Shown in pieces: positions 40,251 to 52,641 of a stretch of DNA of 64,000 bases; positions within the stretch are counted from its first letter, which is position 1; every line of letters begins with the position of its first letter. The position numbers and the translations under genes are program-made. The DNA lies in NCBI GenBank assembly GCA_022813965.1, contig JALDZS010000065.1, forward strand, positions 1 to 64,000, written 5' to 3'. The notes below the pieces were generated by a model, which ran no database searches, was not told the DNA's origin, and was given only the letters and a program-made list of their open reading frames with translations. The DNA comes from Toensbergia leucococca (lineage: Eukaryota).

Positions 40251-40913
40251 ATGACGCCCGTTGAGCAAAGCAGCATTCCCAAACTCAAAGGATCAGTGAA
40301 TTACGAACTCTGGGCTATTCGAATGCAGGGAGCCCTAATGATGGATGGGACCTGGGGCGTCATCTCAGGCCGTGTCCCGAGACCTATCATGCCAAATGCC
40401 GAGGATCTCGACCTGGATACCGCAAGACCAGCTCTAAAGAAGCTCAAGAAAAAGCTCAAGAGATGGGAAAAGTGCAACGAGCACGGCCACGGCCGTATCC
40501 TACTTAACATCGACAGCGTCCCAATACCATACGTACAACATCTCACATCCGGAGCAGACGTATGGGCCAATTTGAAAACTCGATACAAGCTTCCTAGTGG
40601 TGTAATCCAAGATGGCGCTTTGGCCGACATTACGCTATCGCAACTGCATGACTTCGAGTCAATAGGCGAGTACGCCGACTATGTGAAGAGCAACGCACTC
40701 AGGTATGCAAACGAAGGAGACCGACTCCCCGACGATGCGGCTTTTGGGGGCTTCCTATGTGGTCTGCCAGAGCGATACAAAGATCATGTCAGATCGGTGG
40801 TACTGTCGACTCAATCTCATGGGAAGGAGATGGTGGCAGATGAATTGATCGTTCAGATGATTGGTTTTGAGCGGCGGGAGGCTTTGCGCACTCATGGAAC
40901 CCCAGATCAATAA
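40251..40913 (+). CDS. Solitary Ty1/copia-type Gag (capsid) protein, 220 aa
   Basis: IPKLKGSVNYELWAIRMQGALMMDGTWGVISG (copia gag N-terminal pattern), ILLNI...SGADVWANLKTRY, ESIGEY, FLCGLPERY...V, ending at FERRE; no pol downstream. Confidence 0.8.
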   Translation: MTPVEQSSIPKLKGSVNYELWAIRMQGALMMDGTWGVISGRVPRPIMPNAEDLDLDTARPALKKLKKKLKRWEKCNEHGHGRILLNIDSVPIPYVQHLTSGADVWANLKTRYKLPSGVIQDGALADITLSQLHDFESIGEYADYVKSNALRYANEGDRLPDDAAFGGFLCGLPERYKDHVRSVVLSTQSHGKEMVADELIVQMIGFERREALRTHGTPDQ

Positions 40914-41769
40914 AGCCCGTGCTTCGTTACTGGGCCTCAAGAGCATGTAAAAGTTAAGATGCCATGCCATACATGGCACGTTAGGTACCGACAGCCAAAA
41001 GTCTTATAATTGTCACCACAAACTCACTGTCTTTGCCAAGAAAAAAAGCCTTCTCAAGACCAGCATAGATACTCCGTAAGGGCTTTAGAACTCAGACCTA
41101 AAAAAATAATGTCACAAAGAAAAATTTCAATACCATGAGCAGCATCTCAAGCAAAAACAATCTCCCTATGCAAATAGCCCTCATACAAGTATCAATTGAG
41201 TACCTAGTGACAAGAGAATCTTTCTCACAAAAGCTTGAGTTTGCATTTACCTGTCAAACCTCCCCCCTTTAAAAAGAATAGAAACAGTCACCTTTGATTC
41301 AGCATCACAGATTTTTTTTACACTCACTTAAAACACCATTATGACATCTCACATAAAACCTATTCCCCTCACCTTCCTTCTCCTCAAAAACACTAAATCT
41401 ACCAGCCCTCTCCCCTACCTATCTCATTCTCCCTTTCAACCCCCCCCCTTCAAACCCCTCAGAACAAGAAAAGAGAGATCACAATCACTCACTCAATCTC
41501 AAAAGCCTCTCAATCATACCCCTAAACCTCTCACTCAAAACCCCCCTCTCTCAAAGCAACCTCTACACATCAATCAAATACTCCAAAAATTTCAGAAATT
41601 TCAGAAAAAAACAAACACAAATCATGGAGGCGCATAAGCAAGTGTAATGCTGCTCGGAAAACATCTCGCTACAAGATTGAACGACAACCAAAGCAGCCCA
41701 GCGCCTTCAATATCCATCTCGATAAATCCCCCAAAAAGAAAGAAGGCGCTAAAAAGCAAGGAGCACTGA

Positions 41770-41801
<32 letters not shown>

Positions 41802-41827
41802 AAAACCTCGCCCAAAACCCCCTCCCC

Positions 41828-43126
41828 CTATTTCCCATCACAGACCGAAATCGGATGCCCATCCACAACAGCCAGCCAGGTACAACTCGCCGTCGCCGAC
41901 TCGTCCACCGTAAAAAGCGTCGCGTTCGCATGCGGTGGCAAAGCGTTCAAGCCCGTGATATCGGCCCCAGCGCCGGCGTCGCTGGAGGAGGCTAATTGCC
42001 GGGCGCTGAATTGGGGCTGGGTGCCGTAGAAGGCTCTGCCACCGATGGAGGAGTGGACTGGGTTTTGCACGCAGATGCTCATGAGGGTGTCGAGGGCTGC
42101 TTGAATTTGCTGCCAGGTGAGGACGGTGGCGATGGTGGAGGAGACGCCTAGGTAGCAGCTTTCTGTTGAAAGGGGAGGGTTAGTGTAGATTTGGGAGGGG
42201 GTTTAGGGGGGTGGTTTGGCTTACTGTAGGAAAAAAGTCTGACTCTGTTGCTGGGAATTGTTACCGTGTCGGTTGGGCTACCTGGATGTTGATACTGCAA
42301 CTGGAGACAGTCCACGGCGGCCGGGCTACCGAGATTGGCATCGCACTCGTAGGTCATTTTGTCGGCGGCAGGGGGCTCGTACGGGTCCCAGATCGTGGAG
42401 TCGCCGCCTCGTTTGGTGCTGGCGGCTTTCCCGATGAAGTTGGACCAGCGCGACGAGTATAGCGTGTATAATTTGCTGCCTACTTTGAAGTGGCCGGTAT
42501 ACCCGGACAGTCTATCTGTAAGCAAGACTGCGATTTCCGGATCAGTGTCGCCTGGAGACTTTACTAAAAAGTCCGGGCCGGTGATGGTGACAGTGATGAA
42601 TGTCGAGCTTGTCGCTGCTCCGAAACACTGATCAGGAAGAAATTGATGGAAAAGATGGGACTACTCTTACGGTAAGGGGCACTGAGATTGGCATCGGGAT
42701 CGGTGATATGCTGAATCATATCCCCTACGCCAGTGGTGTACAGCCCACCAATACCATTTGCGCTAATCGCACACCTTGAGATGAGCCAGCCGGCCATTTG
42801 GCGGATCTCATTGGGGACTATCCAAAAAACATTAGTCTCGGCCGCAGCTGGGCCAGCTGAGTTGACCGAGATGACGCAGGAGCCTAATATGGTCATTAAC
42901 CTAAGTTTGTTAGATGTGCAGAGCGTTACTTGCCTGACTTCAAGGAAATTGGTAGGTTGAATGTCTGCAGCTGGTCGTGAAAATAATAAGGTTGTACGAA
43001 TCGGCTTGCGACGAGACGACCTCCAGCCTCCTCACAATCGGACGCGAGTATGCTCCTTCCATACGCCGGGCTGCAGACAGAAAAGTCAGGGGTGAGAGGC
43101 GGAATGGCAATGGCAGCCAAAGACAT
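41828..43126 (-). CDS. Cys-containing two-module fungal protein, possibly secreted (4 exons)
   Basis: Exons CSPAYGRSILASDCEEAG...LPISLKS/GSCVISV...IRQMAGWLISRC...GIGGLYT/...SPGDTDPEIA...MTYECDANLGSPAAVDC/...LTWQQIQAALDTLMSICVQNP...GGRAFYG...ITGLNALPP...CTW. First intron (42884-42933) is GC-AG; start codon uncertain. Confidence 0.7.
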
Positions 43127-44027
43127 GTCGGATTATTCAACGACGACGAAGAGAGTAACAGACATGTGGAAGCCATCCTTCGTTGTATAAATAGTAACAA
43201 AGCATTGAGGTAGTCTTCGGCTGTAATCGTTGCGGGAAAGGTGGATGGTGTGGTGTAGAAGGCGCTTATAAGTGGTGAAACTGTCCATGTGGAATTGCAG
43301 ATGAGACGAAATGGCATCCTCGCGAAACTAATCAAGCATTGACGGGTGCTAGGAAAGAGAGCAAAGGTGTCAAGACATGGCCGCACGAATGCAGTTGTTA
43401 CAATGTGATGAGGAAGGTCGAGAATTGATGCATGATTCGACTTCTTGAAGACCAACGGAGCTATGCCCTAGACCATTGCCCTTCTCCTTAGCCGTGGGGG
43501 AGCTGTTACAGCCAAAAGCTGCATGACAATAGCAGAATGCCCCGAAGCTCTGCCGGTCAAGCACATCGACACGGAAGACAGCGGTCAATGGCTCTGTTCT
43601 TTACCGTCGTTCTATGGCTCGATAACGATGGCGAGAGCGAAGAGGGAGTGGAGAACTAGTCTTGATATGAGCATGGTCTAGATGAGGCCCGACAAACTAC
43701 CCCACTTCTCGAAGAACCGTGTTTCTCGCATCAGAGAACGAATAGATGAGGAGAGCGGGTAGTACAACACAGAGGTTGACAGGAAGAAATAAACATCCAA
43801 GACTAGCGTCAAACGCAAAGAAATGGCAATTGATGACAATGGACCATATTCAACTTTAGCCTATGGCCCTGCGTTCAGTATATTCCTTTTCTTTTCACGG
43901 GTACAGTCCCTACATGCTACTGTATAACTCCTCCTTGGAATCACCTATGAAAGCAATTCTTTCATTTTACAACTCCACACCCCATATCTCAAGTAAATGG
44001 AATACACTCCGAGCCAAAACACGCCGT

Positions 44028-46337
44028 CTATAATTCTTCATGAATCGGATCATCATCCTCCTCGTCCATCGGTGATCCCTGTCCACCGCTGTACAACTTG
44101 CTCGTGATTGGATAGGCGACATTACTCAACTTCTCCTTTTGCTCATCAAAGTCCTCGGTTGTTGCCGTGGCCGCGTTTTCGTCTAACCAGTCACTGGCTT
44201 CTTTGACAGCTTCCATGAGCTGATACCAAACGTCATTAGCATACTGCCTCTACATATTCAACCAGATGAGGAATGAACTTACAGTTTCCTTATCATCCTC
44301 ATCAATTTTGCCGCCAAGACCTTCGTCGTCGTTAACTTGGTTCTTCAAGCTGAAAGCGTAGTTCTCAAGTCCATTTCTGGCCGCAATCTTCTCTGCTGTT
44401 GCCTTGTCTTCTTCGGCAAACTGCTCCGCCTCGGCAACCATACGATCAATTTCATCTTGTGACAGGCGGCCCTTATCGTTAGTGATGGTAATGGACTCGG
44501 CTTTTCCTGTACCCTTGTCGCCAGCTGTAACCTTAAGAATACCATTGGCGTCAAGTTCAAACGAGACCTCAATTTGGGGTTGGCCTCGGGGAGCCGGCGG
44601 GATGCCCGTGAGCTCAAATTTGCCTAGTAGATTGTTGTCCTTGGTCATAGTACGTTCACCCTCGACTATCGAGTACGTCAGTGATCGCCTTTGGCGCTAA
44701 AGAAATTCGATTGCATGACTTACAAACTTGAATTAATACCACTGGCTGATTGTCAGCGGCGGTCGAGAAGATCTGGCTCTTGCGCGTAGGGATATTGGTG
44801 TTTCGAGGAATCAACTTTGTCATGACACCCCCAGTAGTTTCAATACCAAGCGTCAACGGGTTGACGTCCATGAGGATGACTTCCGAAGTTCCTTCCGCTC
44901 CTGACAAGACGCCGCCCTGGACAGCGGCTCCAAAAGCCACGGCTTCGTCAGGATTGATACCCTTGCTAGCCTTCTTCCCACCAAAGTACTCTTCCAAAAG
45001 AGCCTGGACTTTGGGAATACGAGTGGATCCACCGACAAGTACGATATCGTTGATTTCGTTTTTCTTTATTTTCGCGTCTTTAAGTACCTGTTCTACTGGC
45101 TTAAGTGTTTTCTTGAAGAGATCCATGTTCAACTCCTCGAACTTGGCCCGAGTAAGAGTCTCGGAGAAGTCCTTGCCCTCAAAGAAAGCTTCGATTTCGA
45201 TACGAGTGGACATCTGGGAAGAAAGGGTGCGTTTCGCTTTCTCGACCTCACGCTTTAGCTTCCCCATCGTTTTCAGATCTTTGGTGATATCAACACTGTT
45301 TTTCTTATTATATTGTTTGGCGAAATGAGATATTATTCGTTGGTCGAAATCTTCTCCACCCAAATGGGTGTCACCAGCAGTTGCCAAAACCTCGAAAACA
45401 CCGTTGTCGATAGTCAGAAGAGACACATCGAAAGTTCCTCCACCAAGATCGTAGACAATGATTTGACGCTCGTCACCAGTCTTATCTAGACCGTAAGCGA
45501 TGGCGGCCGCAGTGGGCTCATTGACGACACGGAGAACATTCAGACCAGCAATTATACCGGCGTCCTTGGTTGCCTGTCTCTGATTGTCGTTGAAGTATGC
45601 CGGTACAGTGACGACGGCGTTATCGACTTTGTGTCCTAAATAGCTCTCGGCGATTTCCTTCATTTTGCCAAGAACCATAGCGGAGACTTCCTCAGGGGTA
45701 AAAGATCTGTCGGTACCGGCCACCTCAACGGTGACTGCTGGTTTACCATCTTTATTTGTCACTCGAAATGGGAAATGTTTCATATCGCTTTGGACGTCTT
45801 TATCGGAAAACTTGCGGCCAATCATTCGTCTAAGTTTCGAGCATTAGTCTATGGTTCTGACCAATTTATGGATCTACCTACTTGATGTCGAAGATAGTCC
45901 GCTCTGGATTTGCGGCATATTGATTTTTAGCGGCGTCTCCTACTAATCGTTCCTCATCGTTGAATGCCACGTATGAGGGTGTTATTCGATTTCCCTGGTC
46001 GTTGACTAAAATTTCGACTTTGCCATTTTGCATCACACCGACACAGCTAATCCAGGATTAGTTAAGAATCGACAGGACATCCTAGAGGTAGGGGAGCTGT
46101 ACGAGTAGGTTGTTCCAAGATCAATGCCAATGACTAGTGGCTGTTAATACTACGGTCCTTGAATGTCGAATCAACGAGCTGAGACTCACCAGTGCCAAGA
46201 TCTTCTCGTAGAACAGTCTGATCATCTTGCGCGCTGGCCTGACTCAGGAATACGAGAGGAGCGACAAAAACAAGGAAAAGGTAGAAGACAGTGGACCAGG
46301 CGAAAGGCGACGAGCCTCCCCGTGATGGTCGAGCCAT
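44028..46337 (-). CDS. KAR2: ER Hsp70 chaperone BiP
   Basis: Signal peptide; [49 protein letters not shown]-terminal ER-retention HEEL*. Confidence 0.97.
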
Positions 46338-47235
46338 CTTTCTAGATGTGATGGAGGGCCTAATGGCACAATAAATGAGGGCAAACGGTAGTATACCTCA
46401 GTGAAATGTATCTTGAGAAGATAGGTGGCGTTCTCTCTTCGACGTTGTTGGGGGTGAAGAAGGAGGAAGTTGAGTAAATGAATATATTTGGAGTCGCAGG
46501 CGCTAACGAACAAGAAATACCGTGGCCTTTTGCAAATAGGAAACTGGCCACTTCAACCACCAAACCTTATACATCTTAGCGCTTGCCGCCACACTAAACC
46601 TACCTGAGCTACCTAAGGGACCTTATCTTAGCGAGCTGACCTACCTTGGGCAAGGTGACACTTGCCACAGTGCCACAACAAGTATTGGGAACCCACATTC
46701 CCCTTACCATGCACAACACACGCTTGCATGCAAAAAAAAGCCATCATATCCTTGATCCAAGGTGTACAGCAAATCATATTCCCCAATGCATACTTTCACA
46801 TCACCGCCTTTTCACCAATCGTCCTGAGAAGCAGTAGTCCCTTCCCACGTTTCCCCTTTCCTTGAAGCAAGCTTTCCACACCATGCGGCTCTGTCAATCA
46901 TTTTTGTACCTTCCATAAAAATTACATCTCGTGGCTTTTCCATTTCAATCACATGGCAACTAGCTGTTCAAAAACTCAAGTATGCTGTCCATCAAGTGAA
47001 TGGAGACTCCGTGGTGTCATCGTCATCGTTGTTTTCCCGTGTGCGAGGCTGAGCAGATCAGCCAGCAACCAATTGCATTCTTAGGATTCTACCGAGTAGG
47101 AGCTGCACACGCCCGCTTTCAAGGGCAGGTCCATCGTGCTTTTATCCCGCCCTTGCGTCCTTGTTCATAGTGTTTCAAGTCTCTCTATTTCCACATCCCC
47201 TCAATCGTCGGTTTCCAGAGCACTTCCTATAAACC

Positions 47236-47616
47236 ATGTGCTTTCCAAGCTTCTCCTCCAACCATACCAAGTCACACGACCTCTCTCCACCCTCCAAAAA
47301 CCCTCCAACAAGCGCTAACGCTTTACATCCAAACATCTCAAGCCCAACCCGCCGCATCCAAGCTGCCATAATCTCAAAAGATCAGTCTCCTGTAAGCGAC
47401 GACAATGCCTCCTCAGTCACGTCGAAAGGTTGGCAAAAATTCCTGGGGCCTATTCCAAGCTGGAAGACGAAATCCCTCAAGAGTGAAGCAAAACATCCCT
47501 CGCATTCGGACTCGGAGAGTTTGAACGATGAGGATCTTGAGGATGGGCCTGAGGAGTGGATGGCTGGTTATGGCCGTTGTCGTCGAGGCGGAGGGAGGGG
47601 TGCAAGGAGGCGCTAG
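47236..47616 (+). CDS. Putative small hydrophilic protein with MCF N-terminus
   Basis: 126-aa ATG ORF with AACCATG start context; no recognisable domain. Confidence 0.3.
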   Translation: MCFPSFSSNHTKSHDLSPPSKNPPTSANALHPNISSPTRRIQAAIISKDQSPVSDDNASSVTSKGWQKFLGPIPSWKTKSLKSEAKHPSHSDSESLNDEDLEDGPEEWMAGYGRCRRGGGRGARRR

Positions 47617-47937
47617 TGATGGTGGAGACTACCCATCAAGCCTTAGTTGCGGTCATCGCTACCTTTGGAAGACATATCTTTCAGCGTGGGAGGGCATGGA
47701 TAGGCTAGGAGGAGGAGGAGAAGCCGATTGTAGGTTAGTCTGCATCATCAAGCGTCGCGAACTGGTAACCCATTTCAAAGCAGCAATCAGGGTGTGCGAA
47801 AGATCGATGTGATGGAGGAGGCTTTCCGTAAACCGTAATAGCATGTCACATAGGAGCAATACTCTCGATCTTCCCATTGCATGCATGCTGAATATACTAC
47901 CTTTCAGTGGCTCCTCCACAACAAATAAAAACACAAT

Positions 47938-50798
47938 CTACTCCAGCAACCCGGCAGCAACAGTCTCTCCCCCAGCCCTCAGTATCACCCTCCCCGGCGC
48001 CTCCAATGGCACCGACTGCCCCAACTCCACCACAACCCTCGCCACACTCCCCGGCTGCACCAACCGTGGCTTCTTCTTCACCACCGCTCCACTCCCCTTG
48101 TCCAGCACAGCCACCAACCGGGTGATCCGCCCCGGCGCATGCAGTCTCCCCCGATGAACCTCCACATGCATGGGCGTCAGGTGATCGAAAGCTAGGACTT
48201 TGGTCGTGAAGGTAGTGATGTTCTTGATAGGGGACGAGGGTAAGCAGATGACGTCGCCAGTCCGGAGGTGGATTTGATCGATGTCAATGAGGTGGAGGGT
48301 CACATTTTGGCCCGCAACGGCCCAGTCGCTGGGTTCCTGGTCGACTTCGATGCCCTTGATGATGGCGCTTTCGCCACTCGGCATCGCCAGGATCTGTTCC
48401 CCTACCTGGATGTATCCCGAGTCCATCCGTCCAGATATTGAGAGCGGGTTCTGTACGCCGCCGCGGAAAACGTCGCCAATGGTGAGGCGTAGCGGTTTTT
48501 CGAGGGCTCGGGTGATGGGCTCGGAGGTTTCGAGCTGCTCGATGAGTATAGGGCCTCGATACCAGGATGCCTCGGCGTCTTCCGCTCTCCGTGCAATGTT
48601 GTCGCCCGTGAGGCCCGAGCAGGGGACGAATGCAATGTTCTTTGCTTGGAAGCCAGCTGTGGTCAAAAAGGCCGAGACTTGTTGCTCGATTTCCTCGAAA
48701 CGATCCCTGGACCAATGCACGTTGTCGAGTTTATTGACAGCAACGATGATTCTCTGTACGCCCATGCTGCGAACGAGTAGCGCATGCTCCCTAGTTTGCC
48801 CCTTAAGTCCGGACTCAAAACTCCCTATGCTTGCGTCAATCACTAGCACCGCGAAATCTGCCTGACTCGCGCCAGCAATCATATTCGGAATGAAATCCCG
48901 ATGGCCAGGTGCGTCGAGTATGGTGAAGCTAGTCTTCTCGGTCTCAAACTTGTTCGTGGCAATGTCAATCGTGACACCTCGACTTCGCTCCTCAGTGCCT
49001 TGATCCAAGACCCATGCAAGTGCGAAGGACGATTTACCAATCCTTTCGGCCTCTCTACGGTATTTCTCGATCGTCCTTTGATCCACAACTTTGAGATCGT
49101 AGAGTAGACGCCCCATCAATGTACTCTTACCCGCATCAACGTGACCTGATAGATTTAGCGTGGTACTTGAATGGGGTTGGTTCTACAATACCAATAACCA
49201 CAAAATTCGCAGCATTCTTCCTTTCCGCTTTCTCATACTCAGCGAGTACATTTAGATTCTTGTTCTTTGCTTTTGGCACGTCATCGAGGGCCACCTTGCT
49301 AAGACCATTCGCAACGCCTGCTGTTGACTTGTCGCCCTGCGATGGTTTCACGTTCCCTTTGACTGCCTTTGAACCTAAATTCGGTCAGCTACTCTTTCTG
49401 GGCTGCCTGACTTTCCGTATTGAACCTTTCGAATTCTGCGCTTTCAGCACCATGTCATCCGGGCTTGGCTCTGAAAAAGGACTTGATTCAGTAGAGTTCA
49501 ATCCAGAATTGTAAGGTAAGTGGAAGTGTAGAGGCTGCAAAGGCTGTGGAGATATTTTGGATGATGACTCAAGCATTCCAAACATAGTTCTAGCAAATGT
49601 TGATGGGGGAGCGGTGCAATTAGCCACTTCTTGAGTATTGTTGTCAGGCATAGCTGGAAGCTCGTCGTGCGTCTCCTTTACTGGTGGAGGTGGGCTTGAG
49701 CTTTTGCGTCTCCTCAATGGATACTTTCGAGTCTGAGAAATTGACGACTGACCCCGAGAGGAACTTTCAGGGCTCGATGTCTTGAGAGCCGATCGCAATG
49801 TGTCATCTTCGGCCTTTCTCGAACGCGACTTCCCTCCAAGCTTGTCCAAAAGAGCGACTGATCTGGTCTGCTGCCTCGACACACCGTCATTAGATTTCTC
49901 ATTCTCCTTCTTCTTCCGAGCCGCAGCTAGAGCAGCAAGTTTCGAGACTGGAGCACCACCTGACTTGGAAGAGCCGCCTAGTAAACCACCTCGGGGATAT
50001 AGGGGCTCAATGATGATCTCCCCACAACGATCTTTCGGTATATTAAGCCATGGAGAGTCCTCAAAGAAACCCGCAGCTGAGAGAGGCTTGAGGCAGGGAC
50101 TTGAGCACAAGATAGTCCCGGATACGGATTCCGGGTCTGATAGACATCCGTCTTAGCAGCCATCTTTAGATGCCATCATGGAAGGGACCGACCATGAGAC
50201 GACATCATGACCCCGCTCGAGAATGATCGCCCAAGACATTAAGGATCGATTGCTTGAAACGAGTCAAAGAAGGCTCGAGACTTACCATTAAGTGCTTTCT
50301 GGCCTGAATCATGCATCTTCTTTTTTGGCTTCTTTGGTAAGGGCCCTGTTCTTTGGTCTGGCAGGAATCAGATAAGGGCTTCTCAATGATTGTCTTTACA
50401 AGTTGTACGTACTTAGAATATATGTAATGGTTTTCTCCACATCATAGTAATAATGCCATAATGAGTCTTGGATTTCTTTGTCCGTAACGGATCCATCTTG
50501 ACCGAGAACATCCCTAACCTTAATAGTTCCTTCTCTGAGCTGCTCTGAACATTCAGAAATCATGAAACTTAGCCAGTACGATGCATGATTTGTCAGACAG
50601 GGTTGTACCTTTGTCCTCAGCACCGACTTCTAAATGTGGCAATAAATTAGTGATGGTTCCAAGGAGCATTTGTAGATACTATGCTCATCATGTACCTTCT
50701 TCGCCTGCCGCCTCGTCGAAGTCGTAATTAGCGCCACCATCGAAGTCGTCCAATTCATGATCCAAATCCAAGTTCTTGACCAGCTTATGTCGCGACAT
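47938..50798 (-). CDS. HBS1: Translational GTPase Hbs1 with embedded Ski7-like exon
   Basis: MSRHKLVKNLDLD; HBS1_N (DSLWHYYYDVEKT); G-domain NFVVIG/HVDAGKSTLMGRLL, SSFALAWVLD...ERSRGVTID, DAPGHRDF, NKLD; ending RVILRAGGETVAAGLLE*. Confidence 0.94.
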
Positions 50799-52641
50799 GA
50801 TGGGCAATTTTGAATGTATCAAGGAGCTTTTGCTAAATGGAAGGAAGTTTGGGAGAAGCACTTATTAAGAGCAAAGCAGAAGCCTAAGTAATATAGACTT
50901 GGCTACCTTCAGTGACTACCTAGTTCACTGTCTCAAATTGGTGAAGTGTGGAGAGTTTGCATCTCGTCCTCGTGGAGGGATCATAAAAGGACTAGCGTAT
51001 GAATAGCAATAAATATTGCCGGGTTACGCCCATAAGGTACCTACCATCTCTCGGCCCCTCAATAATACACAGCTTTAGCTTTGCAGCGGACTATCTTTAC
51101 CTGCAGCGCCCGTATCCGCTCTGCTGAGCCTTGAGAAATATTATATTCACAGTACGTTCTACGCAAACAAACTTCACAGCAACAAGACTACTCGTGTGTA
51201 TGTCTGAATGAATCTAATTGCCACCGTCCCAAGACTCTTTGCTGAATATTTTAACGGGCATCATGTTGCCTTGACTCGGTCCCTACCCATACTTGAGTTT
51301 TTGAAGAAAGCTTCATTAGCTTAGTCCATTTACTCCTTTCACAGACTCACTCGCTTGCGTGCACAAAGGTGAGGGACTTAGCAGCGCTCGTAGCTTGTAA
51401 CATCCAACTAAATAACAGCTTTTTGTAGATGATAAGAGTCTCATAATTGATGTATTTCTCGTTAGCAATGTCAAAGGTTCGTCTCGTAGAGAGGTACAAT
51501 TGAGACAACATAGTAGCTGAGCAATTCCCACTCTTGAAGGGATCTAGAGGATACAGGAGACACAACCATAGCGCATACGGCTGGGTGAATATTCAATGAC
51601 CGTTGAAAATCAATCGGGCAACCAAGCAGCTGCAAAGAAGTGGATCTTGCGACATAGTAAGAAACAAAATAAAACAAAAGGGGAGATTACCTACGTAGGT
51701 TCGGACTCGACGCAAAAACTGAACACTGGAGGCCAGAAAGCTTCCGAATTAGGTGGAAGCTTTTTTTACTCAGATGAAGCCCAGCACCCTTTCCAATATA
51801 TCCGAGCACTAGACAACTGTTCATATGATTGGCAGCGCTTTATTTTAGTAATTGAAGAAACAAAATTTAATTTCTGCCACCGCCCCATGTAGGTTTCGTC
51901 GGTCTTTCTTTTTCAGACCTAGCATCTTCTCAACATGATCAATGCACGATCAGATTATCAGAGCACCCATTTCTGAGGTAAGGTAAGGAAATTTTATCTC
52001 AATTTAGGTCTTATGGGAACATGGTTTCTAACAAGCTCAGCATACAAATAAATGGAGACAAAGACATGTTATACTTTGCAAGATTTTTCAAGAGAAGTAT
52101 CTTACGACAATACTGTCAAGTGCAATGCAATACACAGGCTGTCAAAGGTCAAAAGTCTTATTCATTCCAAGGAGTGCGCTCACAATCTGGAACAAGTAAA
52201 TATGGGTGCACCCAGCAGGACTATCGCTCGTGATAGTATTGGTCTGAATGAACGTAGCAACTAATTTCCCTTTCACTGAGACTCTGGAGCAGTGAGCAAC
52301 GCCTCCCCTCCCAAGTTAGGCATGCTGGAGAATTTAGCTGGCGCTCTATGTGACCAAAGGGTTGAAGAAATTAAAATGAACAATGAACTCCAGAGTGTAG
52401 ATATATGATTCAGAGAGGAAGGAGCACTTTTGATCAAATGTTGTCGAGGTGAAATTAATAGTCAATCTTTACTCCGTACCTAGCGTGCATTCCGGCGCCA
52501 AACCTCGCGTCTATTTTGACAGGGGGCAGTAGATATCACGAAATGTCTTTGGCAACATGGACATCCAATACGAAGAGTCTCATACTGTACACGTCGATGT
52601 TCCGTGGTGGTATCGATCAAATTTGAACATTGCGGCCCATC

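Noticed and set aside
41772..41804. Adjacent poly-C and poly-A tracts, and TAGG/CCTA repeats at ~12030-12058 and ~55079-55096
   Set aside because: Simple low-complexity sequence common in fungal intergenic DNA; homopolymer lengths may be assembly artefacts.
44750..45328. Long antisense ORFs opposite KAR2 (also opposite HBS1 at 48281-48865 and RAP1 at 6583-7095)
   Set aside because: Antisense open frames are a common by-product of codon bias in Hsp70 and other conserved genes; no independent protein features.
46650..46680. UPRE-like motifs upstream of KAR2
   Set aside because: Biologically plausible, but only partial matches to short degenerate consensus sequences; cannot be supported from sequence alone.
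51100..52600. AT-richer intergenic region with short ORFs (e.g. 51596-51892), and a similar patch at ~19740-20060
   Set aside because: May be old gene relics, but no family could be recognised.
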